The translations under genes were made by a program, and so were the position numbers. Source: Mizuhopecten yessoensis (Eukaryota). From it: a stretch of 57,458 nucleotides of DNA. The notes beneath the pieces are model-generated. The model saw only the letters and a program-made list of their open reading frames with translations, did no database searches and was not told where the DNA came from. The DNA is taken from NCBI RefSeq assembly GCF_002113885.1, contig NW_018407733.1:1552834-1610291 (forward strand), written 5' to 3'. Every line of letters begins with the position of its first letter. The stretch's first letter is position 1. This document shows, piece after piece, positions 36,383-49,364 of the stretch.

Positions 36383-38128
36383 GAAAGCTGCAACGTATGT
36401 GTTCTGACCACGTGCGGGTAGTTCCGTTTATAACAAGGACAAGTCTACCACCCCACAGCAATTTTATGTTCAGTCGAACATATTTATGTAAACATGAGTA
36501 CCTTCAAATGGATACATATATATGTACCACCGTGGGGCGATATATAATCTGAAGCGGTACACCGTTTTTAGACTGTTCAAAGCTTAAGAGGAGGATATAG
36601 AATAGGAAGAACTGTATTACCACTATAAACTGTATAAAACGACCCGTAAAATAGGTCCTCTCGCTCATTCGGCGTCAAACCCTACAAGGTTAGCGCGGGT
36701 AAAGGAGGGAGGCCAATTGTGCTATATGGCCCTATCAATTAGGTAGGAATAACGGGATATACGAATAATGAACTAATAATCAATATCTGTTTATCTAACA
36801 CAGCGAATAGTGTAATAACAACAATATCCAATCAATCAAAATAATAAACAAATTAAGTTAATCTTACAAAAACTAATAAACATATATTAAATTCAAAAAA
36901 AACAAAAACATTTCACTTCCGGTTGATCTAAGAAAGCTGCAACGTATGTGTTCTGACCACGTGCGGGTAGTTCAGTTTAAAAAAAGGACGAATCTGCTAT
37001 CCTACAGCCATCTTATGTCTAGCCGCTCATATATATGTATACATGAGTACCTTCAAATGGATACATATATATGTACCACCGTGGGGCGATGTACAATCTG
37101 AAGAAGTACGCCGTTTTTAGACTATTCAAAGCTTAAGAGGAGGATATAGAATAGGAAGAACTGTATTACCACTATAAACTGTATAACACGACCCGTAAAA
37201 TAGGTCCTCTCGCTCATTCGGCGTCAAACCCTACAAGGTTAGCGGAGGTAAAGGAGGGAGGCCAATGGTGCTATATGGACCTATTAATTAGGTAGGAATA
37301 ACGGGATAAACGAATAATGAAGTAATAATCAATATCTGTTTATCTAACACAGGAAATAGTGTAATAGCAACAATATCCAATCAATCAAAATAATAAACAA
37401 ATTAAGTTAATCTTACAAAAACTAATAAACATTTATTAAATTTAAAACCCCCACTAACATCAGTTTCACTTCCGGTTGATGTAAGAAAGCTGCAACGTAT
37501 GTGTTCTGACCACGTGCGGGTAGTTCCGTTTATAAAAAAGGACGAGTCCGCCACCCCACAGCAATCTTATGTCTAGTCGCTCATATATATGTATACATGA
37601 GTACCTACAAATGGATACATATATATATGTACCACCGTGGGGCGATGTACAATCTGAAGCGGTACGCCGTTTTTAGACTGTTCAAAGCTTAAACGGTGGA
37701 AATAAAGTAGCACAGAAATGTATTACCACTATAAACTGTATAATACGACCCATAAAATAGGTCCTCTCGCTCATTCGGCGTCAAACCCTACAAGGTTAGC
37801 GCGGGTAAAGGAGGGAGGCCAATGGTGCTATATGGCCCTATTAATTAGGTAGGAATAACGGGATAAACGAATAATGAACTAATAATCAATATCTGTTTAT
37901 CTAACACAGCGAATGGGGTAATAACAACAATATCCAATCAATCAAAATAATAAACAAATTAAGTTAATCTTACAAAAACTAATAAACATTTATTAAGTTA
38001 AAAAAAAAACTTAAACATTTCACTTCCGGTTGATGTAAGAAAGCTGCAACGTATGTGTTGTGACCACGTGCGGGTAGTTCCGTTTATAAAAAGGACGAGT
38101 CTGCCACCACACAGCAACCTTATGTCTA
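36383..38128. repeat. ~552-bp tandem repeat, three full copies plus a partial fourth
   Basis: GAAAGCTGCAACGTATGTG starts at 36383, 36932, 37485 and 38039 (periods 549, 553, 554). Confidence 0.95.
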
Positions 38129-38684
38129 ATAGAGTAAAATACTATATATATGTGTATACATGATTAAATACACGTAAATGTAAACACAACAACCACTAAA
38201 ATATCCTCACACAATCAAACAACCAACCCCTCCCCCTCCCACAAACCATCCCAAACACCACTCCGGTCCAGATTAACAGCATTTAATAAAACCCATAAAT
38301 CCTTCTGCACATCTCTTGACACCCAGCACATCTTTCAACATCCATCCCATCCAGGTTATAACGCAACTATAACACTAATCCGGATTAAGGAGTGCAAGAA
38401 AATATACTCAAAAGCTATTAGTATCTAGAATATAATGGTGACATTTGTTTCTTTCGAATCACAAGGTTTTTGTAGGAGATATATATATAATGATGACATG
38501 TGTTTCTTTACCTGTGTACCATGATTTCAACGGGTTCAGGACTACTTCTTTACAAGGAAAATAATGATTTAGGGGTAAGAATCTCCTCCGGGGCGGAAGA
38601 TTGAAACTGTATAGGGAAACTGGGAATTCCGTTCTTAATTATTGCTCCTTTAGTTAGAATAAACTATCCTTATTTTGTTTGGAA

Positions 38685-38904
38685 CACAGGGACCTGGGAA
38701 TTAGTTACGGATATATTTGGAACTAAACCAAGGTGTTCAGAGTAATTTTACACGTTTTCGTGGTTAAGATAAACTTTCGGTAAAAATGCGACCCAAATGA
38801 TGATGTTATACCGAAAGTTGATCTTACTCCTTAACGTGTAGAATTACTCTGAACAACTTAGTTTAGGTACAAATATAGCTGTAACAAATTATCAGGTCCC
38901 TGTG
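38685..38904. mobile_element. Right-arm copy of the CACAGGG MITE
   Basis: Same TIRs; TSD GTTTGGAA / GTTCGGAA. Confidence 0.85.
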
Positions 38905-38991
38905 GTTCGGAACCCCACAGGCTGAATGGGATTTAACGTTGTATAACTGAAGGATGTATCTAGGGTGAAAAAGAGAAGTGAGGCCATAAAG

Positions 38992-39250
38992 GGGTTATTG
39001 CTTACAGATGATGGTAATTCTGCATCTTGTGACATCCTTGACTTGTAGTCCGTCACTGCTGTCATTCTAGTCGCGAAGCCTCATTTGACGTCATCAGGTG
39101 ATGGCCAGCCCTCTTCAGATNGGGTTATTGCTTACAGATGATGGTGATTCTGCATCTTGTGACATCCTTGACTTGTAGTCCGTCACTGCTGTCATTCTAG
39201 TCGCGAAGCCTCATTTGACGTCATCAGGTGATGGCCAGCCCTCTTCAGAT
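38992..39250. other. Probable assembly artefact: 129-bp duplication around a single N (39121)
   Basis: 38992-39120 repeats as 39122-39250 with one substitution (ggtaatt vs ggtgatt). Confidence 0.85.
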
Positions 39251-39762
39251 GTTTCGACCCTTAATCACTACATCCTCCGGCTGGTGGGTCAGTAGTGGTG
39301 GCCAAATCACTACTCGTCTATGTCGGCTTTCACATCGGCTCTTCTCGTATATATTTTTAAAAAAAAAACGTCTCCTTCAATACGAGTGAAACTATTTTAA
39401 CTTAACATGGTATGCTCCATCCCTTGGACAAGAAAATTCAATGTTGTATAAATGTAGAGATTGTTTTATCCGGGAGTAATCGGAAGTGAGGCCATATAAG
39501 GGAAACGGCAATTTTTTAAGTTGTTTTGAAGGCATTCGTCCCAGAGACAAGGCTATTCAGTATTATATCAATGACAAGTGTGGCCTTCCCCTGTGCAACC
39601 TGTTGTTGTTGATGTTATTGTTGTTGTTGTTGTTATATTATGTAAAATCTCTAAATCTTGAGATTAAGTTATTAGTTGGGCGGTATTTAAAAGCGCTCAA
39701 TTAAGCTAAAGTCCTGTAACGTTTTAATGTATGAATTTTTTTAGAGGTTCACTTTATGTTCA

Positions 39763-40095
39763 GGAGGCACGGTAGTGTAGTGGTAGGACTCCGGTCTCGT
39801 GGCCGAAGGGTTACGGGTTCGAGTCACGACAAGACACTTTGAGCAATATACTTTACTCCGCTTGTTCCAGTCTACTCAGCTGTAAATGAGCACTTGGTTG
39901 GGCGGTGCTAGAATTGTAGAATGCTAGCTGTGAGCGCCGAAATTGCAGCACCGGCTGTATGCTCCCCAGAGAGTAGAGAAAGATATTGCCTGGTTGCAAA
40001 GGCGCATAATAATTTGTGAACCGCATTGAGACGACCTACGCACTAGGTTGTGATAAAGCGGTATATAAGAACCTCGGATTATTATTATTTTTATT
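39763..40095 (+). mobile_element. tRNA-derived SINE with CORE-like centre and (ATT)n tail, right-arm specific
   Basis: A box TAGTGTAGTGG, B box GGTTCGAGTC, centre tttgagcaa..ctttactcc...cagtctactcagctgtaaatgag, tail aagcggtatataagaacctcggattattattatt. Confidence 0.85.
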
Positions 40096-41763
40096 ATCAT
40101 GTTTAATTCTATTATTTCCTTTAAAGAAAATAGTAGCAGGGATTTTGAATTTGAAACTATTCCCAGTAATGATAATTACTAATGTAACAGTGAACTTCCA
40201 GCCTTTTCCCAGTTTGCTTGTATATCTCATTCTACTACGTCATATCATTTAAGTCATTTCAGTATAGACAGTATTCATTTTTCTAATATTCGTTGAAACA
40301 AATACGCCAAACCGCATACACAATGTAAATCAATTATATTACTGTGGTGTTTAAGCTTTGATTAATTGTTATTGTAGAGAAATATAAGAATAAACATTGG
40401 TGCGGAGCCTCGGAGTCCCAATCCGTAAGGCATTGACAAAAAATCACCCAGCAAACTTAATCTGTGACGGACGCGAATATATATCATTCTAATAAATGTG
40501 TAAAGCTGTTCTGTGTGGTAAATGGTCTGGCATTCGTAATTCAGATGATGTCGAATTGGAGCTCTCCTTCGTTGGAGATACAATCACCTTAACCTAATTC
40601 GTCCGGCAATCATAATATGATCATATTTTCTATTTGTGTTTAATTTTATTTTCTAATTGGTGTTTTTCAGTCTAAAAGCAACAAATAAATAACTGTTTCA
40701 ACACAGCAGATTTATTTAAAATAAATCATTTTCAACAATAAATAAATAATAATAATACAATATAGGCCAAGTTGTTCAATGTATGGTTAGCTTAACGTCA
40801 GGATTTTAATACTTTGTTAAAGACTTGTCAAACTAACAAGACTTTGAATAACGTTAACTTTGCTCTTAAAATCACGTGTATAGATCTAAAGTCGAACCTC
40901 GATCATCCAGCCACCACTTATCCGGTTGTCATATTTTTGGATACATAAGTATGTTTTTTCCTGTAAAAACTGTCCCAGTAATCGAGTTGTCTCCTAAACC
41001 AGCCACTTTTGCTTGTAAAAAGGGTGAATGAATTATCGAGGTTCCCTTTCCTCACATTGAAATTAAGACAGGTAAATCTCCACACAACGGGTAAATTCAT
41101 CTATATAAACCCGAGACGTCGGACAAAGCTATACGTCAGTTAATCTTACCCCGAGGGCTGAGATTTCCCTCTTTTGATTTTTACTCCCCAGGCTTAATCC
41201 CTCACACAAACGGAAACATTGCAGCTTTCCTCCTACCAATTACTGTTACTAAACACCATAGAAACATGTCGGGACTGAGCAAAAATAGTCAATAGTGTAG
41301 CGGGTTGTTTGTGGCAGAGACACAAAATTAGCAAGAAACATGTAGCCCCACTAGACAAACAAGTAAATGTGTACACTGAACCATTCATCGGGTTTGCGTA
41401 TCATAAATTACAAAAATCTTTCATATTAGATGTATTGTATCATCCTAAAGCAGGTCCTACTTCCAGGTCACCGTGTTAAGCTTGCCTTCATTCTAGGACG
41501 GGGACTGCAAACTGCAAAGTTGGTGGATAAACGTATCCGAAAAATCACTCCTAGTGATTGAGATTTGGGATCCCAACCCCCGGATTGGTAAGCTTCATGT
41601 TTGTCAGCTTGACATGTCGACCATTCCTCCTTCTTCCTTTGCTTGGAGAAAGACGATACTATCAATCTGTTCTGCTGTGAATTACACGTAGTGATGCTTG
41701 GAACATACTTATAGTACGTAAATTTCATGACAGGGTCAGGTTTTATTTTTATTGATTTCACCG

Positions 41764-42094
41764 TCATGACAATGTATCCGCCCAATCCGATTTACCGATA
41801 CAAACATCCTTTGGTCGCCACCACTGTTCAATGTCATTGTACCACACGGGGGGCAGGAGGGGTTCATGCAGAAGCCCACACAGTCGACACCATGGCTTTG
41901 TTTCAATGAACTCGCCCTCCTCCCGCCAACGGAAGTACTCATTATACAAAGTATCGTTTTTGTCCAATTTGTGTAAATACTGCGCAAGTTCCTCAGGAGA
42001 CCGGAAGTCCTCTACATGAATGAAAGATCCGCTTGGTAGTATCGACTGATATGTTGCCTTCGGGGCGCCTAGCACTATTGGTATTACTTTGTTT
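41764..42094 (-). CDS. Fucosyltransferase gene B2, coding exon 2
   Basis: Protein identical to B1 exon 2; acceptor AG at 42096-42095; intron 42095-42776 (682 bp). Confidence 0.92.
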
Positions 42095-42776
42095 CTGAAA
42101 AGAGACAAAAAGAACAGTTTTAATAATGATAATTAGATTCGAAAATCAAACACAATATCTTAAGCTATATCTGGAAAATGATAAATAAACTAATTTAATA
42201 AATAATCAGAAAAGGATAAGAGAACCGTTAAAAAGATATATTGGCCCAGAAATCCCATGTGTAACAACAACTATATTTTAGTGTTACCATAATTTGTCGC
42301 CGTATTTTTTCCGATGGTTACAAACAGTCTAAACGTTTTTTACCATGGATTAGCAGCCGATTTATTTACTGAGGTGAAGTACAACCTGTACCATTGTACA
42401 CACAACAACATGTATTTAATATTGAAATATAACCCATTATATCCACCGTTAAAACACCAGATCACAGCAAACAAATCTTAGATATATCAAAGTTACACTG
42501 GGATCCGTTAACGTATGTACCGTTCTCACACAATAATAAAACTGTGATGAGTATATTTTTGTGGTTTTTGCTCCAAAAAACAGTTCGCCGGTTGGTACGA
42601 GCGTACGTACTTCTTCTGATTACCGAATAGACGGGTTAGCTGCAATTCATACCTACAATGTTCCATGTATATAGGTTTTAAGCTCACGACAAGCAAATCA
42701 ATGCGTTATTTTCAACATAATTAAGAGTGAAGAAATGAAATTTGAACTGCGTTACTCTTAAATAAAGATCACTTAC

Positions 42777-44011
42777 TTTAACGCCTTGACGGCTTTTTCG
42801 GTGACGTAATCCAGACATTTGGTGTTTTCGAATGCCAAGTAAAACTTGTAATCAGTCTCGAGCATGCGCATACATTTTTCATCCTCTATCTGGGGGCAGC
42901 GTTTTGTTCCGCATGCACCATAGATATCTACTTCAATATATTTGGCAAGTTTTTTAGCGTAAGCCATCCTCCCACTTCTTGTCATCATGCAATTAGAAAC
43001 TAACCAAGCAACCTTTTTTGTCTTCCTATTGGCGTAATTTGTCGTAATGTTTGTCTTAGTGTAAACGTCCTTATATTTCTGGTATTTGAAATACGGTGTT
43101 TCTATCACTGAATCAGTTCGATAAGTCATGGTCCAATTAAAAAGTCCGTTGTACTTTTTCAGCGTCCTAGAATTCATTGGGCACTCAATCATAGATACCG
43201 CCCATACTTGATTCGGAGACTTCCTCGGAAATGGAGGTATCCGTGGAAGTTGCCCAGGGTTACTAAACACAACTGCGTCAGCGTCAGCTCCATGTTTTGT
43301 ATCGTATGTTATCTTACATGCCTTTATACGACACTGCTCAAACGCCGCCATCCCTGGCGGATGGTGCCAAAAACCTTGCTTTCCTGAGAGATAAACAACC
43401 TTGACATTGGCGGAGTTATACTTTATTGACACGTGATTCAGTTGATGGAAAATTCGTCCAGCGTTATATTTCACATCTTTTTCAGGGATTGACATGTCTA
43501 AAATGTGAGTCCGAACAGGCAGTAGGTCCAGTATGTCACGAGACACACCGTGGTCAAATTCGTCTGTAAACTTTGAATCATAAATTTCCAGAGTCGCTAT
43601 TTTCTGAAAAGTCCTTCCCTGGAATTTAGTTGTTAGTTCAGTAGGTTCTTTAGGTGGCAGCGCACTTGACCTTTCCGTAGAAGATGATGCTGTTATTTTA
43701 GCCGATGTCGAGACTGAATATGTTCGAGTTGATGCTACTTTCAGTGATGATGGAGTTGTCAACAATTCGTCGTCCGAATCGTAATCGTAATTCCATGGCT
43801 CCACGTGGAAAATAGTATTATCAGAATGTTTTGTTGAATCATATTCAATATCGAAAACGAATGTTTCCGAAATCCTTTTTTGTATAGAAACGTGTTTGTA
43901 TGGAAATTGTGCTCTATAGACGATGCTAAATAAAATAAAAAACCAAACACCCACAAACACTGGTACGAAAGTTGGATACCAACGTACACAAATAACAGAC
44001 ATCCGTATCAT
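42777..44011 (-). CDS. Fucosyltransferase gene B2, coding exon 1
   Basis: ATG 44011; 7 aa differences from B1; GTAAGT donor at 42776. Confidence 0.93.
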
Positions 44012-44454
44012 ATTCCCTTGTGTCCGGAAAATGGTTAAACCGTCCTCGGAGTAAAATAGTACATACCGTACTTCCTGGTATTTTGGCAACCATCATTTGA
44101 GCCTAGGGTGTTACTTGCCAACAGCGATATATGTATAGTCCGAGTATATAAACTTGGTCCAGCGTTATAGTCACTATTTCTTTTCGCCTGGTCAGTAATG
44201 CCTTAGGCTACACTGGCCTTAGCCATTTGAACACATCCGGGTATGGGTTATGACTATACATGCATTGACATATATCTGACGGACATGTCTACTGCAGTAA
44301 TCTGGCATTATCGATAGATATCGGCAAATTATAGCACCTGTATAGATTTGGAGACAAAATAATTCACTGATGAATGTTTAAAATTCCACCCTCCCATTCT
44401 CTCTTTGTGAAGTTGTTGAAAAAAAAAGAAAAAAAGAAAGAAAAGAAAAAACAA

Positions 44455-44776
44455 TCAATCCCATTTTTTAGCACCATTGCAGGCTCCATCTGGCTTCCAC
44501 CAATGTTGGATGTCCTCATACCACATTAACGGAAGTGACGTTTCATGGAGAAGTGTACAGACTCTGCACCAATTCAAATCATCGATGATTTTATCTCCTG
44601 TCTCTTTCCATTTGAAATATTCATTATATAAGGTGTCATTTTTGTCCAACAGATTTAAATATTCGCCTAGCTTTTGAGTGGACTCGAAGTCTTCCACATG
44701 GATGTAAGAATGTTTAGGTAATACTTGGGCGTAGTCTTCCTTCCTGGCTCCTAATACTATGGGTATCAGCTCCGCA
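44455..44776 (-). CDS. Fucosyltransferase gene A2, coding exon 2
   Basis: Acceptor AG at 44778-44777; 3 aa differences from A1; stop TGA; intron 44777-48258 (3,482 bp). Confidence 0.92.
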
Positions 44777-45829
44777 CTGGAATCAAAAAGATGGAATACA
44801 TTAGATATCTATATTTAAAAATAAAATAATGCCTTCTAATATGATCTGAAGGTAATCCAGAAAACAATATACAATTGTATTCAAAAATTGTTTCCGGTAT
44901 GTTTAATATGTAAAAGAAATGCTGAAATCATCCTTGATTTATTGATATTCATTAATCAATCAATAAATTCGTCATAAAATATTGTGCTGAAAATCATGTG
45001 ATCAAGTAGTTATTGTATATTATAATTACATCTTTCGTTTACTTGTTCACACCTCAGATCAAAGTTGAACCATCAGTCGGCCTTAACAAAACGAAAATGT
45101 CTAATTTTACTTCCGTATCAGACTAGGATTACGTAAAATAGAGACTGTTTGTTGTCATGTAGCTCCGAGTCAATATGTACAATATAAAGATAAAAGATGT
45201 TTTCAAATAGTATTTTATCGTCTGAGGTCAAACTACTAGCGATTTGGGGGGACAACATAACCTAGTTACGTCAAATATACAATGTCGAGATCATCCACAG
45301 TAGTACCCGGATGTCAACCGGCAATTCCGTCGCTATTGGGGTATGGGTGTGTTCCAAGAAATCACCCAGACAACTTTACGCCGAGATTCACACCTGAGAG
45401 ATGTTTTTTAAATATCCGACGTTAAATAAAGTGTATTGTATAGGATACCGGAGACAGGCTACGACAGTTGCCTATATTTTCACCCCGAAGATCCTGTCTC
45501 TAAAGAGCTCGACTGCAACAGACACCTCTAACACAGGGACACGAGAAGATGTTACACCTATGTTAGGACCTGCACTGAGTTGTTAAGACTAGTATTACAT
45601 GTTTTAAGGGTTTCGATTTTTCGGTACAAATGCCAAGCCCAATGATTATATATGTAAAATTACTCTGAACACCTCAGTTTAGGTCCAAATATAGCTGTAA
45701 CAAATGATCAGATCCCTGTGACCACCACCACCGAAACATGTGGTTTGATTGGCTGGTTAATTTGAGGGAAGAAATGTCTGGGCTTTTCGGAATCACAGCA
45801 GCTTATCGTACCAAATGTTACGATTAACA

Positions 45830-46218
45830 TACCGTATATACCTGTAGGAGGTTAGCGTATATACCTGTAGGAGGTACCGTATTTACCTGCAGGAGGTTAC
45901 CGTATTTACCTGTAGGAGGTACCGTATATATACCTGAAGGAGGTTACCGTATATATACCTGAAGGAGGTTACCGTATATACCTGTAGGAGGTACCGTATT
46001 TACCTGTAGGAGGTTACCGTATATAACTGTAGGAGGTAACCGTATATATACCTGAAGGAGGTTACCGTATATATACCTGAAGGAGGTTACCGTATATATA
46101 CCTGAAGGAGGTTACCGTATATAACTGTAGGAGGTTACCGTATATACCTGTAGGAGGTTACCGTATATACCTGTAGGAGGTACCGTATATACCTGTAGGA
46201 GGTACCGTATATATACCG
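45830..46218. repeat. 22-25-bp minisatellite (CCGTATATACCTGTAGGAGGTTA), right-arm specific
   Basis: Visible array abutting a MITE half at ~46217-46320. Confidence 0.9.
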
Positions 46219-46764
46219 TTTTTACCGAAAGTTGATATAAACCCCTTAAACGTGTAAAACTACTCTTCACACCTTATTTTAGGTCAAAATATAACAGTAA
46301 CAAATTATCAGGTCCCTTTGTTACGTAAGTGTTGGAATGCATGATGGCACAAGCAGACAGGCCTCTTGCCAGTAGCTAATGGAGAATGTGCCCTTGGTCC
46401 AGGGGTACAGGTACGCATATTGAATGCGTCATTTTCGCCATGAAATGCATTTTTTATACATTTGTGTACAGGAAGTGTATGTCGAACTCCATAATTAAGC
46501 TATGACACGACAATATCAAATTTAGCGTTGTGAGTAGTTTACGTCGGGAAGCCCTTAGGTACAGATTCACTTGAAAGGGATGGGCTGTTCAAATTACATC
46601 CAAACTGTCGTCATGTGATTTTGTCGTAAACATGAACTTGATCGTGTTGACTTTTTCAATGACAAAAAGTTTAAACTATATTTCACAATTTAATAGTTCA
46701 CTGAAACCAACAATAACAGTAACAGGATATACATTTCTGTCTAATGGAAGTGTCGGAAAGAGAG

Positions 46765-47650
46765 AAAGAGTGAACAAATAGACAGAGTGAGCAATGAGAC
46801 AGAGTGAACAATGAGACAGAGTGAACAATGAGACAGAGTGAACAAAGAGACAGAGTGAACAATGAGTTAGAGTGAACAATAGGACAGAGTGAACAATGAG
46901 ACAGAGTGAACAATGAGATAGAGTTAACAATGAGACAGAATGAACAATGAGATAGAGTTAACAATGGGACAGAGTGAACAATGAGACAGAGTGAACAATG
47001 AGTTAGAGTGAACAATGAGATAGAGTGAATAATGAGACAGAGCGAACAATGAGTTAGAGTGAACAATAAGACAGTGATAACAATGGGACAGAGTGAACTA
47101 TGAGACAGAGTGAACAATGAGACAGAGTGAACAATGAGACAGAGTGAATAATGAGACAGAGTGAACAATGAGACAGAGTGAACAATGAGACAGAGTGAAC
47201 AATGAGATAGAGTTAACAATGAGACAGAGTGAACAATGAGATAGAGTTAACAGTGGGACAGAGTGAACAATGAGACAGAATGAACAATGGGACAGAGTGA
47301 ACAATGAGACAGAGTGAACAATGAGATAGAGTGAACAATGAGACAGAGTGAACAATGAGACAGAGTGAACAAAGAGACAGGGTGAACAATGAGACAGAGT
47401 GAATAATGAGACAGAGTGAACAATGAGTTAGAGTGAACAATGAGACAGTGATAACAATGGGACAGAGTGAACTATGAGACAGAGTGAACAAAGAGAAAGA
47501 GTGAACAATGAGACAGAGTGAATAATGAGACAGAGTGAACAATGAGACAGAGTGAACAATGTGATAGAGTGAACAATGAGACAGAGTGAACAATGAGACA
47601 GAGTGAACAAAGAGACAGGGTGAACAATGAGACAGAGTGAATAATGAGAT
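46765..47650. repeat. 17-bp satellite, right-arm copy (~0.9 kb)
   Basis: (TGAACAATGAGACAGAG)n, reverse complement of the 11510-14670 unit with homologous flanks. Confidence 0.96.
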
Positions 47651-48258
47651 AGCAACTGACGTTGTGTTCGCATTTACATTAACATTTACGACTAAATGTC
47701 ACCATATACAGACAGCTGTGGATGTTGATTTTCACGTTGCCACATGTATTATTGTTATTTAGATAATACGGATATTACGACTATGGTGATGGTTTAGCCA
47801 CGTTGCAACAACCGCGTCCTGAAACTAACATCGATTCATGAAACATTTCTTGTGACAATTTTGCCAAAAATAGAGGTCTTAAATGAACAGCTGTATCATT
47901 GTCGATGAGCTTTAAAATATTGACATAGATATAACTCATTTCTGGGCAGTCTTTCATCATAGTATCGATTGTCACCATTATTATTTTTCTGTTATTTCTT
48001 TGCATGTAAAATATATGAACTAAGTAAGGGTTCAAGTCGGGATTTCGACATAAAATGAATGATGTGTGTTTGTGTGTATGCTGTCTGTCTGTATTCATGT
48101 GTATAAAGTATATGTATATGTAAGAACTTTAAATATCAAACGTTTAAACACTAGGAAGACTATTCTTAAGCATATGAAAAGCATAATTTTCGATAAAAGG
48201 CCTCTTTCTTATGACAGAAAGTGAACATGAGAGGAATGATTGTTTTATAAAAACTTAC

Positions 48259-49364
48259 TCGTAAGCGTTCATCACTTTCTCCGTCAAATAGTCGTGGCAT
48301 TTGTGGTTCTCAAACGACAGGTAGAACTTGTAGTCCCTCCTGGTCATTTCGACGCATTCTTTGTGTTTGGACGCTGGACAAGACAGTGGACCACAGTGCC
48401 CGTAAATGTCCACTTGCACGTGTTTACCCAGTTCTCTTGCATACTCCATACGTCCACTCTTTACAATATTGCAGTTAGAAACCATCCAAGCGACCTTTTT
48501 GGTCCGGCCCTCGGCGAAATTGCGACCTGGGGTCGGGATATCAGGAGGCGTCCAACAATTCCGTCCAATTTTGAAATAGGGATCATAAATTGTAGAGTCT
48601 ACTCTATACGTGTTTGTCCAGTTGAAAAAGTTTTTATAGTTATTCATTGGCCACGATCTATCTGGACTCTCATTGATGTTTAAAATTGCAATTTGTTTAG
48701 AAGATGATTTTTGAAAAGGTGGTGATAACGGTAGAAATCCAGAATTAGCAAACACAACAGCATCAGCCGTGGCCTCCGCACTTCTCTCGTGGGTTAAACT
48801 ACAGCGGTTCACCTTGCAGTGCTTGAAGAATTCTAATCCCGTGGGAACGTTTGTCCATTTTTCCATGTGCCAAATATACACAACTTTGATATCCGATTTA
48901 CTGGAGTAAGTTCTCGGCACATATTCTAATTGTTCGTAAACTCGATCTGACGGAGCATTCGTATGGAGGAAATCGTCCGGAAGTAGGCGCAAAATACGTT
49001 GTTTCTCCGATTCGCTAATGTTAACTTCCGGCGGAAAGTATCTGATGGGATGTAGCCGGTTTTTGGTTCTATCAAAACCAACATTTAAGTTTGTCCTTGT
49101 CGGCGATTTCGAGATGTCTAAACAATAACTTGAATTAAATATTTTTGAATGAAAATCCTCCGATACATAATTATAATCTGACGTTATTTTCTTCGTTATA
49201 ATGACATTGCGAGAGTTGTGTTTGTGTTCCATCTGCCTCACAAAGTAATGCGGTCTCAGATTGATCATTCCTGTTACACAGACTACCATAACGACAGTGA
49301 GAATAAATACCTTTTCCTGCCATTTTGTGTTTCGTGTCCAGAACACTCTTCTCAGTAGTCCCAT
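48259..49364 (-). CDS. Fucosyltransferase gene A2, coding exon 1
   Basis: ATG 49364; 5 aa differences from A1 exon 1; GTAAGT donor at 48258. Confidence 0.93.

Noticed and set aside
36655-36715. Twister ribozyme in the 552-bp repeat (ACAAG...GAGGGAG resemblance)
   Set aside because: Lacks the UAA cleavage loop, and the expected pseudoknot pairing does not match
39763-39835. tRNA gene
   Set aside because: A and B boxes are present but the acceptor stem does not close and the sequence continues into a SINE body and tail
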